DNA of 64,000 nucleotides from Gemmatimonadota bacterium. GTDB lineage: Bacteria > Gemmatimonadota > Gemmatimonadetes > Palauibacterales > Palauibacteraceae. The stretch lies in contig JBDGXC010000002.1 of NCBI GenBank assembly GCA_039584815.1, forward strand, positions 89,508 to 153,507, read 5' to 3'. Both the position numbers and the translations under genes were made by a program. Below, piece by piece: positions 48,906 to 58,137 of this stretch (position 1 is its first letter; each line of letters begins with the position of its first letter). The notes beneath the pieces were generated by a model, which did no database searches, had not been told where the DNA came from, and saw nothing but the letters and a program-made list of their open reading frames with translations.

Positions 48906-51141
48906 TCGTTGCGTGTGCGTGCACGCTCATTTCTATCAGCCACCCCGGGAGAACCCGTGGCTCGGCAGGGTGGAGTCCGAGCCGTCGGCCGCTCCATCTC
49001 ACGACTGGAACGAGCGGATCACGGACGAGTGCTATGCGCCGAACGCGGCCTCCCGCCTCCTCGACGACGAAGGCCGAATCACGGCGATCCGCAACAACTA
49101 CGCGTCGATCAGCTTCAACTTCGGCCCCACGCTGCTCAGCTGGATGGAGCGTCGGGGGACCTCGACCTACCTGGCCATCCTCGAAGCCGATCGCCGGAGC
49201 CGGGAGCGCTTCGAGGGTCACGGATCGGCGATCGCTCAGCCGTTCAACCACATGATCCTCCCGCTCGCCTCGGCGCGGGACCGGCGCACGCAGGTCGCCT
49301 GGGGCATCGCCGATTTTCGGCATCGCTTCGGCCGGGACCCGGAGGGCATGTGGCTTCCGGAGACGGCCGTGGACATCGCCAGCCTGGAGGCACTGGCGGA
49401 GGCGGGGATTACCTTCACGGTCCTCGCCCCCCACCAGGCGGCGCGCGTCCGTCCCGCCGATGCCTCGGCGTGGCCGGAGGCGAGCGACGGGACTCTCGAC
49501 ACGGGCGTCGCGTATCGGCAGCACCTTCCATCCGGTCGCCACATCGATCTGTTCTTCTACCACGGTCCCACGTCGCGGGCTGTCGCGTTCGAGAACCTGC
49601 TGGAGAACGGCCAGACACTAGCCGAGTGCCTGAAGGACCTGACGCACCGGCCGGAGGACGCGGCCGCGAGGCTCGGACACATTGCGACCGATGGCGAGAC
49701 GTACGGACACCACCACGCGCACGGCGACATGGCCCTGGCCGTCGCGATCGACTGCCTGCAGTCGGATCCCGGGGTCCGCATCGTGAACTACGGTCAGTTT
49801 CTGGCTCGGAACCCGCCGCAGTACGAGGTCGAGATCCGCGAAGGGACCTCGTGGAGCTGCTCCCACGGCGTGGAGCGCTGGAGGTCGGACTGCGGCTGCT
49901 CGACCGGCGGTCAGCCGGGATCGAATCAGGCGTGGCGCGCGCCGCTCCGACGTGCCCTGGACGGTCTGGCACGGGACCTCGCAGACCTGTACGAGCGCGA
50001 AGCCGGTCGTCTGCTGCCCGATCCCTGGGCGGCGCGGGACTCCTACGCTGCGGTACTCCTGGATCCGGTCGATGATACGCGCACGGCGTTCGTGAGGGCT
50101 CACGCGGCCCGCCCGCTGGCGGCGGCGGAGGAGCGACGCGTGTTCGGACTGCTGGAAATGAGCCGCCATGCGATGCTGATGTACACGAGCTGCGGGTGGT
50201 TCTTCGACGACCTCACGAGGATTGAGACGAGACAGATCCTGCGATACGCCGCGCGGGCCGTCGAGCTCGCCGCACTGCTCGGAGGAGCGAGCGCGCGGGA
50301 ACCGTTTCTGACCGCTCTCGCCGAGGCGAGGGCGAACGGACCCGATGCGCCGAACGGACGCGACGTTCTGCTCAAGGAGGCCGGGCGGTCCCGTGTGGCG
50401 GCTGCGGACGTGGCCGCAGAGCGCGCGGCCCTCTCGACGGTGGGCGGACCGCCTGTCCCGGCGGCCGAGTGGTCCGTACAGGAGACCCGGGTCACGGTGT
50501 CCGGTCCCGGCAGTCGATCCGCAGCGGGGCGCGTGTCCGTGACGGACGCCCGTACCGGTGCCACCGAGCGCTTCCGCTATCGGGCCCGGGCCAGACGCGA
50601 CAAGGGACTTGATGTGCGTCTCGCGGCCGTTGAGCCGGGGGAAGGGACGGCAGCGGAACGCAGCGTATCGCTCACGGATCTGCGAGCCGATGTCCGGGAT
50701 GTTGTGGCCGCCCGTTGCGTGGACCGCTTCGACGCGCCCGACGACGGGTGGCGCGACATGGGATCGTCTCTCGGGCTCGCCCGGTCGCATCCGGGTGAGC
50801 CGTTCTGGGGCCGCGAAGCGCTGCGCCATGCCCGCCGAATTGCAGCCGCCCTGAGCCGGCCGAGGGATGTGCGGTTGGTAGCGGAACTCGAAGCAACCCT
50901 CGAGGCGCAGACGCAAGTCCTGGTGGCGGACCATGCGGGGCTCGAACCGGAGGCGTCCTGCCAGACCATGCTTCTGTTGCTCGACGTCGCCGACGTTCTG
51001 GGCGTCGACCTCGACCTGTGGACCCTGCAGAACCGGTGGTGGAGCGCGCTCCAGGGGAGGAAGGAGGGGAAGGACTCATCGGCGGCGCGCCGGGTGACGG
51101 TCCGCCTCGGTTTCGCCGCCCCGGATCGAGACACGGCGTGA
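48898..51141 (+). CDS. glycoside hydrolase family 57 protein
   Basis: GTG start with an 8-nt overlap with glgB. N-terminal HAHFYQPPRE and GH57 core (ETYGHHHAH). 747 aa. Confidence 0.8.
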   Translation: MADRCVCVHAHFYQPPRENPWLGRVESEPSAAPSHDWNERITDECYAPNAASRLLDDEGRITAIRNNYASISFNFGPTLLSWMERRGTSTYLAILEADRRSRERFEGHGSAIAQPFNHMILPLASARDRRTQVAWGIADFRHRFGRDPEGMWLPETAVDIASLEALAEAGITFTVLAPHQAARVRPADASAWPEASDGTLDTGVAYRQHLPSGRHIDLFFYHGPTSRAVAFENLLENGQTLAECLKDLTHRPEDAAARLGHIATDGETYGHHHAHGDMALAVAIDCLQSDPGVRIVNYGQFLARNPPQYEVEIREGTSWSCSHGVERWRSDCGCSTGGQPGSNQAWRAPLRRALDGLARDLADLYEREAGRLLPDPWAARDSYAAVLLDPVDDTRTAFVRAHAARPLAAAEERRVFGLLEMSRHAMLMYTSCGWFFDDLTRIETRQILRYAARAVELAALLGGASAREPFLTALAEARANGPDAPNGRDVLLKEAGRSRVAAADVAAERAALSTVGGPPVPAAEWSVQETRVTVSGPGSRSAAGRVSVTDARTGATERFRYRARARRDKGLDVRLAAVEPGEGTAAERSVSLTDLRADVRDVVAARCVDRFDAPDDGWRDMGSSLGLARSHPGEPFWGREALRHARRIAAALSRPRDVRLVAELEATLEAQTQVLVADHAGLEPEASCQTMLLLLDVADVLGVDLDLWTLQNRWWSALQGRKEGKDSSAARRVTVRLGFAAPDRDTA

Positions 51142-51170
51142 CGCGTCCGGCCGGTGAGCCGGGGGCGGGA

Positions 51171-51434
51171 TTACGCGGTCTTCTTCCCCCGACAGAAGAG
51201 CACGCGGTTCGTGGCATCCAGTACGGCGGCGGCCGCCGCAGCGACATGCGTCGTGCGGACCGCCACGGCCCCGATGTAACGGCTGCCCTCCGCCGCGGGG
51301 TCGCGCAGCGCCACCAGAATCACGTCCGCATCGAAGGCGTGCATGAGCTTGATGCCGACCAGGAGGAAGGGTTGCGCACCGGTGACCTCGATCAGCGCCT
51401 CGAGGGTCGCGAGGGCCGCCAGGCGGATTTCCAT
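51171..51434 (-). CDS. hypothetical protein (conserved about 90-110 aa C-terminal domain)
   Basis: ORF 51171..51836. The likely real start is the ATG at 51434, or a GTG about 30 codons upstream. The low-complexity 5' part of the ORF overlaps the rsmE start. No family recognised. Confidence 0.3.
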   Translation of the reverse strand: MEIRLAALATLEALIEVTGAQPFLLVGIKLMHAFDADVILVALRDPAAEGSRYIGAVAVRTTHVAAAAAAVLDATNRVLFCRGKKTA

Positions 51435-51790
51435 CGTCTCGGTTCCGATCCCTTCCGACGTGGCCACGTAAGATCGGTCACCGAAGCTCAGCTCGACGCT
51501 CGTCCGCACCTGTGAGCCGGGCTCGTGCTCGGCCTTGGCCTCCACGATCCGGACCCGTTCCTGAACCGCCGCCGGTCGTTCCGGTGCGTCGCTGACCCTT
51601 GCCACAGCCCTCCCTCCTGTCGCCGCCTTAAGAGCACGCCGCCGCGCCGCGGGCGCCGCATGGCACAACACTCTAGCACAACACTTCAGAGTAGGGCTGT
51701 GCCCTCCGGGGCGCCACGGGTATCTCCGGGTGGACGCAGCGCTCACCCGACGGGGTGGCGACGCTTGTCGTGCTCGCTCACATTCCGCGC

Positions 51791-52633
51791 ATGCCACCGT
51801 CCGAGCTCCCAAATCGACCGCCTTTGCTCTTCGCACCCGGCGTGAAGGGCCGCTCGGCGCACGAGGTGCTCCATCTGACTGGCGAAGAGACCCGGCACGT
51901 GCGGGCCCTCCGCCTCCAGCCAGGTGCAGTGGTTGCCTTGACGGACGGTTGCGGCGCCATGTGGCGCGGTCGGTTAGCGGGCGTCGGGGCGCGTGTCGCG
52001 AATTGTGTTCTGGACACTCCTATCGCGGTGCCGCCGCGGCTTTCGGCGACCCTGGTGTTCGGGGTGGGCAACAAGGCGCACACGCTGTGGCTGGTCGAGA
52101 AGTCGACCGAGCTCGGAGCTGCCGCCCTGTGCCCGGTCGAGTTCGCTCGGTCGCGCTCGGTGGCGGACGCCGCCCGGTCCCCGGCGTTCTGGAGCAAGGC
52201 CGAGCGCAGGGCCGTGGCCGCTCTGAAGCAGAGCGGCGGGGCCTGGCTTCCCTCTTTGCACCGACCGGTGGGCCTCCCGGAGTACCTGCAGATGGAGTCG
52301 TCCCCGGGTCGGTCCGGGGACGACTCGCGAGACGATCAGAACCCGCGGATTCTGCTGGACCGGGTCGGCGCGCCGCTCGGCGCAGAGATTGCCGCCTGGC
52401 GGGGGGAAGGCATGGCTTCGCTGGCGGTGGGGCCAGAGGGAGGCATGACGCGAGACGAGACCACGATGCTGCGCGCGGCCGGCTTCCGCCCGGCCCGAGT
52501 CGCCCCGGGGATCCTGCGCTTCGAGACGGCAGCCATCGCCGGTCTCGCGGTGCTCGCGCAGCACATTGAGGCGATGCGGGCCGCCGGCCCGCCCGCACAG
52601 ACGGCGCCATCGGGCGCAGGAGGCGCGCAGTGA
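51791..52633 (+). CDS. rsmE: 16S rRNA (uracil1498-N3)-methyltransferase RsmE
   Basis: LFAP N-terminal motif. C-terminal SPOUT knot (GPEGGMTRDE..RFETAAIAGLAVL). Confidence 0.8.
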   Translation: MPPSELPNRPPLLFAPGVKGRSAHEVLHLTGEETRHVRALRLQPGAVVALTDGCGAMWRGRLAGVGARVANCVLDTPIAVPPRLSATLVFGVGNKAHTLWLVEKSTELGAAALCPVEFARSRSVADAARSPAFWSKAERRAVAALKQSGGAWLPSLHRPVGLPEYLQMESSPGRSGDDSRDDQNPRILLDRVGAPLGAEIAAWRGEGMASLAVGPEGGMTRDETTMLRAAGFRPARVAPGILRFETAAIAGLAVLAQHIEAMRAAGPPAQTAPSGAGGAQ

Positions 52634-52977
52634 GCGACGATTGTCTGTTCTGCAGAATCGCGCGGGAGGAGATTCCGGCAGACCGCATCGCTGAAGGTGC
52701 GACGTGGATCGCCTTTCGCGACATCCAGCCGCAGTCGCCGGTGCACGTGCTGGTGATTCCCCGCCAGCATGTGGCGAGCGTCGCCGAGCTCGCGTCAGAG
52801 GACGCCGGCCTGGCGGGCGAGCTTCTGCTCGCAGCGGCCGAAGTGGCGCGACAGGAAGGGATCGACGGTACCGGCTACCGGGTGGTCACCAACGTCGGTG
52901 AGCGGGCCGGGCAGAGCGTGTTCCACCTCCACTTCCACGTCCTGGGCGGGAGGCGCATGCGATGGCCTCCCGGCTGA
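52630..52977 (+). CDS. HIT family protein
   Basis: CLFCRI..HVLVIP..HLHFHVLGG histidine triad. Confidence 0.85.
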   Translation: MSDDCLFCRIAREEIPADRIAEGATWIAFRDIQPQSPVHVLVIPRQHVASVAELASEDAGLAGELLLAAAEVARQEGIDGTGYRVVTNVGERAGQSVFHLHFHVLGGRRMRWPPG

Positions 52978-52990
52978 CCTCGAGTCCGCG

Positions 52991-55420
52991 GTGAGCCATC
53001 CGGAGTCGAGCCGGTCGGCCGAGGTCCATGCGCTGGAGATCCTGGAGTTTCCGAGAGTGCTGGAAAGGATCGCCGGCCTGGCGGTTTCGGAGCCCGGCCG
53101 CCGTGCGGTAAGAGAGCTGCGTCCGTGGCGTGAGCTGGACACGGTGCACGAAGCCCTGGCGACGACGGACGAGATGGTGGGGATGCTCCTTCGGTACGAA
53201 GACTGGGCCCCCCCGCCGATCCCGGACGCCGGCCGAATCCTCCGCAGACTGGCCCCCGAAGGCTCCATCCTCGACGTCGACCAGTTGCCGGACATCCTGG
53301 GACTTCTGCGGGCCTCAAGGCTGGTACGCGGCGACCTGCGCCGACTCCCCGACGATCTGCCGAGACTGGCGGCCCTGGGTGACCGGATGGTGCGCCTCGA
53401 GAAACTGGAGGCGCGCCTGGATCGCTCACTGAAGCCGGCGGGTGGCCTGGCCGACGCCGCTTCTCCGGAGCTGGCCAGGACGCGGCGGTCTCTGCGGGAA
53501 GCCAGGTCCTCGATCGTCAGACGGCTCGAGCAGTTCATCCGGCGGCTGCCCGAGCGGCTGCGTGTCCTCGATGCCTCGGTGACGATCCGGGCAGGTCGCT
53601 ATTGCGTGCCCGTGCGCCGGGAGGCCATGTCGCAGGTCGGGGGCATCGTCCACGATGAGTCGGCCACGCACCGTACCCTGTTCGTCGAACCCCCCGAAGC
53701 GATCGAGCCGATGAATCGCATCGCGGAGCTCGAGAGGGAGGAACACCGTGAGACGCTCAAGGTTCTCCGGGATCTGACCGATCTCCTGCGGCCGCACGGG
53801 GAGGCCGTGACACGCAGTGCCGCGGCGCTGGCCGAGGCTGATTCTCTCTATGCGCGGGCCCGCTACGCGCTGCGCCACGGGGGCGCCCCACCCGAGGTCC
53901 GGGCCATGGAAGCCGGGGGTGAGTGGCCGGGGTACCGGGCCGTACAGGCCCAGCACCCGCTGCTCGAGGTCACGGGTGAGCCGGTCGTTCCGTTCGACCT
54001 GGACGTCGGGCCTGAGGAGCGCGTCCTGCTGATCAGCGGACCGAATGCCGGTGGAAAGACGGTCCTTCTCAAAGCGGTCGGCCTCCTCTCAGCCATGGCC
54101 CAGGCCGGGATCGTTCCCCCGATCGGTCGCGGGAGCCGGTTCCCCCTGTTCCGCTCTTTCTTCGCCCTGATCGGCGACGAGCAATCGATCCAGGCCTCCC
54201 TGTCCACGTTCAGCGCGCAGGTGGAGGGCCTGCGGGTGATCCTGGCCGAAGCCGAAGCCACGTCGCTCGTCCTGATCGATGAAGTAGGCGGCAGCACCGA
54301 TCCGGCCGAAGGGGCGGCCCTTGCGGCGGCGGTCCTGTTGCGGCTCGCCGGGCAGGCGGGCCTTTCCGTCGCGACGACCCACCTTGGCGAGCTCAAGGAT
54401 CTTGCCGCACACGAGAGCGCGGTAGTGAACGCTTCGCTGCAGTTCGACACACGGGCGCTCCGCCCCACGTTCCGTCTGGTGCGCGATCGCCCGGGTCGCA
54501 GCTACGCGCTCGAGATCGCGCATCGTCTGGGACTCCCGGAGGATGTCCTACGAGTGGCCCGTTCCCGACTGTCGGATGCGATTCTGCGAGTGGACGGTCT
54601 GCTCCAGGAGCTCGAGGAGCGCGAGGTCGAAATGGACCGACTCACAACCGAAGCCCGGGTATCGGCCCGCCGGAGCCGCCGGCACGAGGAGCTGCTCGCG
54701 GAGTCGACGAACCGGCTGGCTCGCCGGGAAGAGGAGATCGAACGGGAAGCTCGCGCGAGGGTCGAACGGTACCTGCTGGAGGCACGTCGGGATGTCGAGA
54801 CCGAGGTGGAGCGACTCCGGTCGGAGGTCGCCCGAGCCGTGCAGGCCGGTGAGGCGGACCCCGGCGCGTTCGACGATGCCGTGCGGCAGGCTCGGTCCGC
54901 GGTCGAGGAGCGATTGCGCGAGGCCCGGAAACGACCGCACGCGCCGGAAGGTCTGGCCGAGCCCGTTCGCCTGGACCTGAGCCCGGGACTCCGGGTGCGC
55001 TCGCGTTCCCTCGGCGTGGAGGGTGAAGTGCTGGAGGTCAGGGAGGGCGAGGCCGTGATCGAGGCCGGCGGCCTCCGCTTCAATCTGGATCCGGCAGACC
55101 TGCAGGCCGGCGGCGCGCCCTCCGGGAATCGGCTGTCCGACGGGGTTCCCGCGGCGCCTTTCCCGGAGCTCGCGCCCGCCACCGAGGTCAATCTTCGAGG
55201 CCTCCGGGTGGACGAAGTGGAGGCAACGCTCGGCCCGGCGCTCGACGCCGCGTTCGTACACGACGTTCCGAGCCTGAGAGTCATCCACGGTAAGGGAACC
55301 GGTGCCTTGCGCGAGGAAGTCTCCCGCATTCTGGGTGCCGACCGCAGGGTGCGAGCGTTCCGTCCCGGAGGTTTCCATGAGGGGGGGTCGGGAGTTACCG
55401 TAGTCGAGTTCGAAGGATGA
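52991..55420 (+). CDS. mutS2: endonuclease MutS2
   Basis: Walker A GPNAGGKT, DE motif LVLIDEVGGSTDP, coiled-coil region, and C-terminal Smr domain (LRVIHGKGTGALREEV). GTG start inferred. Confidence 0.9.
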   Translation: MSHPESSRSAEVHALEILEFPRVLERIAGLAVSEPGRRAVRELRPWRELDTVHEALATTDEMVGMLLRYEDWAPPPIPDAGRILRRLAPEGSILDVDQLPDILGLLRASRLVRGDLRRLPDDLPRLAALGDRMVRLEKLEARLDRSLKPAGGLADAASPELARTRRSLREARSSIVRRLEQFIRRLPERLRVLDASVTIRAGRYCVPVRREAMSQVGGIVHDESATHRTLFVEPPEAIEPMNRIAELEREEHRETLKVLRDLTDLLRPHGEAVTRSAAALAEADSLYARARYALRHGGAPPEVRAMEAGGEWPGYRAVQAQHPLLEVTGEPVVPFDLDVGPEERVLLISGPNAGGKTVLLKAVGLLSAMAQAGIVPPIGRGSRFPLFRSFFALIGDEQSIQASLSTFSAQVEGLRVILAEAEATSLVLIDEVGGSTDPAEGAALAAAVLLRLAGQAGLSVATTHLGELKDLAAHESAVVNASLQFDTRALRPTFRLVRDRPGRSYALEIAHRLGLPEDVLRVARSRLSDAILRVDGLLQELEEREVEMDRLTTEARVSARRSRRHEELLAESTNRLARREEEIEREARARVERYLLEARRDVETEVERLRSEVARAVQAGEADPGAFDDAVRQARSAVEERLREARKRPHAPEGLAEPVRLDLSPGLRVRSRSLGVEGEVLEVREGEAVIEAGGLRFNLDPADLQAGGAPSGNRLSDGVPAAPFPELAPATEVNLRGLRVDEVEATLGPALDAAFVHDVPSLRVIHGKGTGALREEVSRILGADRRVRAFRPGGFHEGGSGVTVVEFEG

Positions 55421-55495
55421 TAGCACTGAACGGAGGCCGAGCGAGAGATTGAGGAGTGCCGCGCCACCCTCCCACCAAGTGGGCAGCGGTCCCCG

Positions 55496-57298
55496 ATGGT
55501 GAGTGACACGCTCGTTCAGGATATCCGGGAGCGCGCCGAGATCCTGGAAATTTGCGGCGAATTCGTCCGCCTGAAGCGCTCCGGCAAGACATATCGAGGC
55601 CCCTGTCCCCTGCATGGCGGAGAGGGGCCGAACTTTTCTGTGGATCCCACGCGGGGGATCTTCAAGTGCTTCGTGTGCGGGGAGGGCGGTGACGTCTTCT
55701 CGTTCCTCATGAAGCATCTCGGAGTCGATTTTCCCACTGCGGTGCGCCAGGTGGCCGCCCGCCTGGGCGTCGAGGTGCCGGACGAGAGCGAGACACGCGA
55801 GGACCCGTGGGCGCACCTCCGCGAAGTCGTGGCGTTCGCGGAGGAGTGGTTTCGAGGCCTGCTTCTGGATGAGGACAGCGGCGCGACCGCGCGCCGGTAT
55901 CTCACGGAGCGCGGGATCGATCCGACGGCGGCGGAAGAGCTCGGCCTCGGCTACGCGCCCGAAGGCTGGCGACGATTGCGGGAGGCGGCGGTAGCGCGCG
56001 GCATCCCGGACGAACACCTGCTTGAGGCCGGTCTCCTGGCCACGAGCGACCGGGCGGAGGAGCCGTACGACCGGTTCCGCGGTCGGCTGATGTTCTCCAT
56101 CCGCGATCTGAGAGACCGCCCGATGGCATTTGGCGGGCGCGTCCTGGGTGGATCGGACGACCAGGCGCCCAAGTACATCAACTCTCCCGAGACACCCATC
56201 TTCAGGAAGAGTCGAACGCTGTACGGATTGAACCGGGCGCGTCATGCGATGCGGCGGGAAGGCCGTGGCCTGGTGGCCGAAGGGTACATGGATGTCCTCG
56301 CGATGCATATGGGGGGGTTTCCGGCGACCGTCGCGCCGCTCGGCACGGCGCTCACCGGGGAACAGGCGGACCTGCTCCACCGGTATGCCACACGCGTCTA
56401 TCTGCTGTACGACAGTGACGAGGCCGGTCTCCGCGCTACGTTCAGGGCGGCCGATGCGCTGCTGGCCGTGGGATGCCATCCCATGGTGGTGACGTTCCCC
56501 GCCGGGGAGGATCCGGCCTCGGTTATCGAATCAGAAGGATCCGACGGATTGCGACAGTACCTGGCTGACGCGATCGACGTTCTCGAGCGCAAGCTCCAGA
56601 TCCTCGAACGGAAGGGATACCTGGACACCATAGAGGGACGTCGCCGGGCTGTCGACGGCCTGCTGAGCACGCTGCGCTCGGTGAAGGACCCGGCCCTGCT
56701 GGACATCTACCTCGGTCGGGCGGCGGAGCGGACCGGGGTGCGGCGCGAGACGCTCGTGAGCGAAGTGGCCAGGGAACGCGCGATGCGGAGGCCGCACCGC
56801 CCACGAGACGTGGGTCGAGGAGCGAAGAGCCTCGAAGGGAGTGAGCCCGGCGGGCAACGAGATGCCGCGGGTGCGGCGGAGCAGACGTTGCTGCTTCTGC
56901 TGGCCAGGGACCGGGCGCTCGTAGACGTGGCGGTGGAGGTGGGGCTGGAGGCCGGGCACTTTCGGGATCCGACTCGGAGTCGCATCTATGACGCCCTCGT
57001 GCTGGCGGACGAGGAGGAGCCCGAACTGGACGAGCGAGCCTCGGAGCAGTGGGAACTGCTCCGTGCAGACAGTACGGAGCTCGTCCACCCTCGCGAGGCG
57101 TTCCGGGAAACGGTCCGGGGGATTGTACACCAGGCCCGGCTGGATCGGCTCGTGCAGATCGACCGGGAGCTGGAGCTGGCCGACGAAGCCCAGGCCAGGC
57201 AGTTGCTGATCGAAAAGGAACAGGTCGCCCGGGAACTGAGAAAAGCGGGCGTGCCGCTGAGCTTCGTTCGGCGGTACTCGGAGACGACACCGGCCTGA
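55496..57298 (+). CDS. dnaG: DNA primase
   Basis: Zn-ribbon CPLHGGEGPNFSVDPTRGIFKCFVCGEGG. RNA polymerase domain. TOPRIM (EGYMDV..LYDSDEAG). Confidence 0.95.
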   Translation: MVSDTLVQDIRERAEILEICGEFVRLKRSGKTYRGPCPLHGGEGPNFSVDPTRGIFKCFVCGEGGDVFSFLMKHLGVDFPTAVRQVAARLGVEVPDESETREDPWAHLREVVAFAEEWFRGLLLDEDSGATARRYLTERGIDPTAAEELGLGYAPEGWRRLREAAVARGIPDEHLLEAGLLATSDRAEEPYDRFRGRLMFSIRDLRDRPMAFGGRVLGGSDDQAPKYINSPETPIFRKSRTLYGLNRARHAMRREGRGLVAEGYMDVLAMHMGGFPATVAPLGTALTGEQADLLHRYATRVYLLYDSDEAGLRATFRAADALLAVGCHPMVVTFPAGEDPASVIESEGSDGLRQYLADAIDVLERKLQILERKGYLDTIEGRRRAVDGLLSTLRSVKDPALLDIYLGRAAERTGVRRETLVSEVARERAMRRPHRPRDVGRGAKSLEGSEPGGQRDAAGAAEQTLLLLLARDRALVDVAVEVGLEAGHFRDPTRSRIYDALVLADEEEPELDERASEQWELLRADSTELVHPREAFRETVRGIVHQARLDRLVQIDRELELADEAQARQLLIEKEQVARELRKAGVPLSFVRRYSETTPA

Positions 57299-57335
57299 GG
57301 CCCGAGGGGCCGTCAGGCCAACACACGGAGATCGT

Positions 57336-58043
57336 ATGAAGGGAGACACGCTGGATAGCCTCCGCGTCCTGCAGGAGATCGACGCGACCATCGCCGAGAG
57401 GAGGACCAGGCTGAGAGCGCTGGAGGCGGAGCACGCACAGCTGTCCGAGGAGCTCGCGGCTCTCGAGGGCCGGACCGACGGACTCCGATCCCGGATGGAG
57501 CAGGCCGAGGTCGATCTCCGGCAAGCGGAGCGCACTGTGCAGGCCGGCCGCGAGACTCTGAAGCGATTGCAGGGCCGGGCCCAGGAGGTTCACAACATGC
57601 GGGAGCACCTGGCGGCACGCACCGAGGTGGACGCGTCACGCCAGAACCTGGAGATCGCGGAGGACCAGCTCCTGGAAGCCATGCAGGAGCAGGAATCGGC
57701 GCGCTCCGCCATGTCCGACCTTCAGGGCGACATCGCCAGCCGAGGCGAAGAGTACGGGGAGCGCATGCGGGAGCTGGACGCCGAGCGTGATCGACTGGAG
57801 GAAGAGATCGCGGTGCAGATAGACAAACGCTCCAATCGGGCGCTTCGCCTGGACGCGGGTGCCCGAAGCCTGTACGACACGGTGCGGGGGGGGCGGGCGG
57901 ATAGCCCTCTGGCGCCGCTCGTTGACGGCGTATGTGGCCATTGCTTCACGGCGATTCCCCTTCAGACGCAGCAGGTGATCCGGTCGGGCAGGACTCTGGT
58001 CGTGTGCGAGACGTGCGGTGTCATCCTGCACGTCGCCGAGTGA
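57336..58043 (+). CDS. C4-type zinc-ribbon / coiled-coil protein (COG1579, DUF164 family)
   Basis: Long coiled coil followed by CGHC..CETCG at the C terminus. Confidence 0.7.
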   Translation: MKGDTLDSLRVLQEIDATIAERRTRLRALEAEHAQLSEELAALEGRTDGLRSRMEQAEVDLRQAERTVQAGRETLKRLQGRAQEVHNMREHLAARTEVDASRQNLEIAEDQLLEAMQEQESARSAMSDLQGDIASRGEEYGERMRELDAERDRLEEEIAVQIDKRSNRALRLDAGARSLYDTVRGGRADSPLAPLVDGVCGHCFTAIPLQTQQVIRSGRTLVVCETCGVILHVAE

Positions 58044-58137
58044 GACCGGACTCCGCTCTTTCGCGGCCGGCCGCTCGCGTTCCGAGCCGGCGTTTGGCTC
58101 CGTGAACCGCGCGGGAGGAACGTCGCGACGCTGGATC

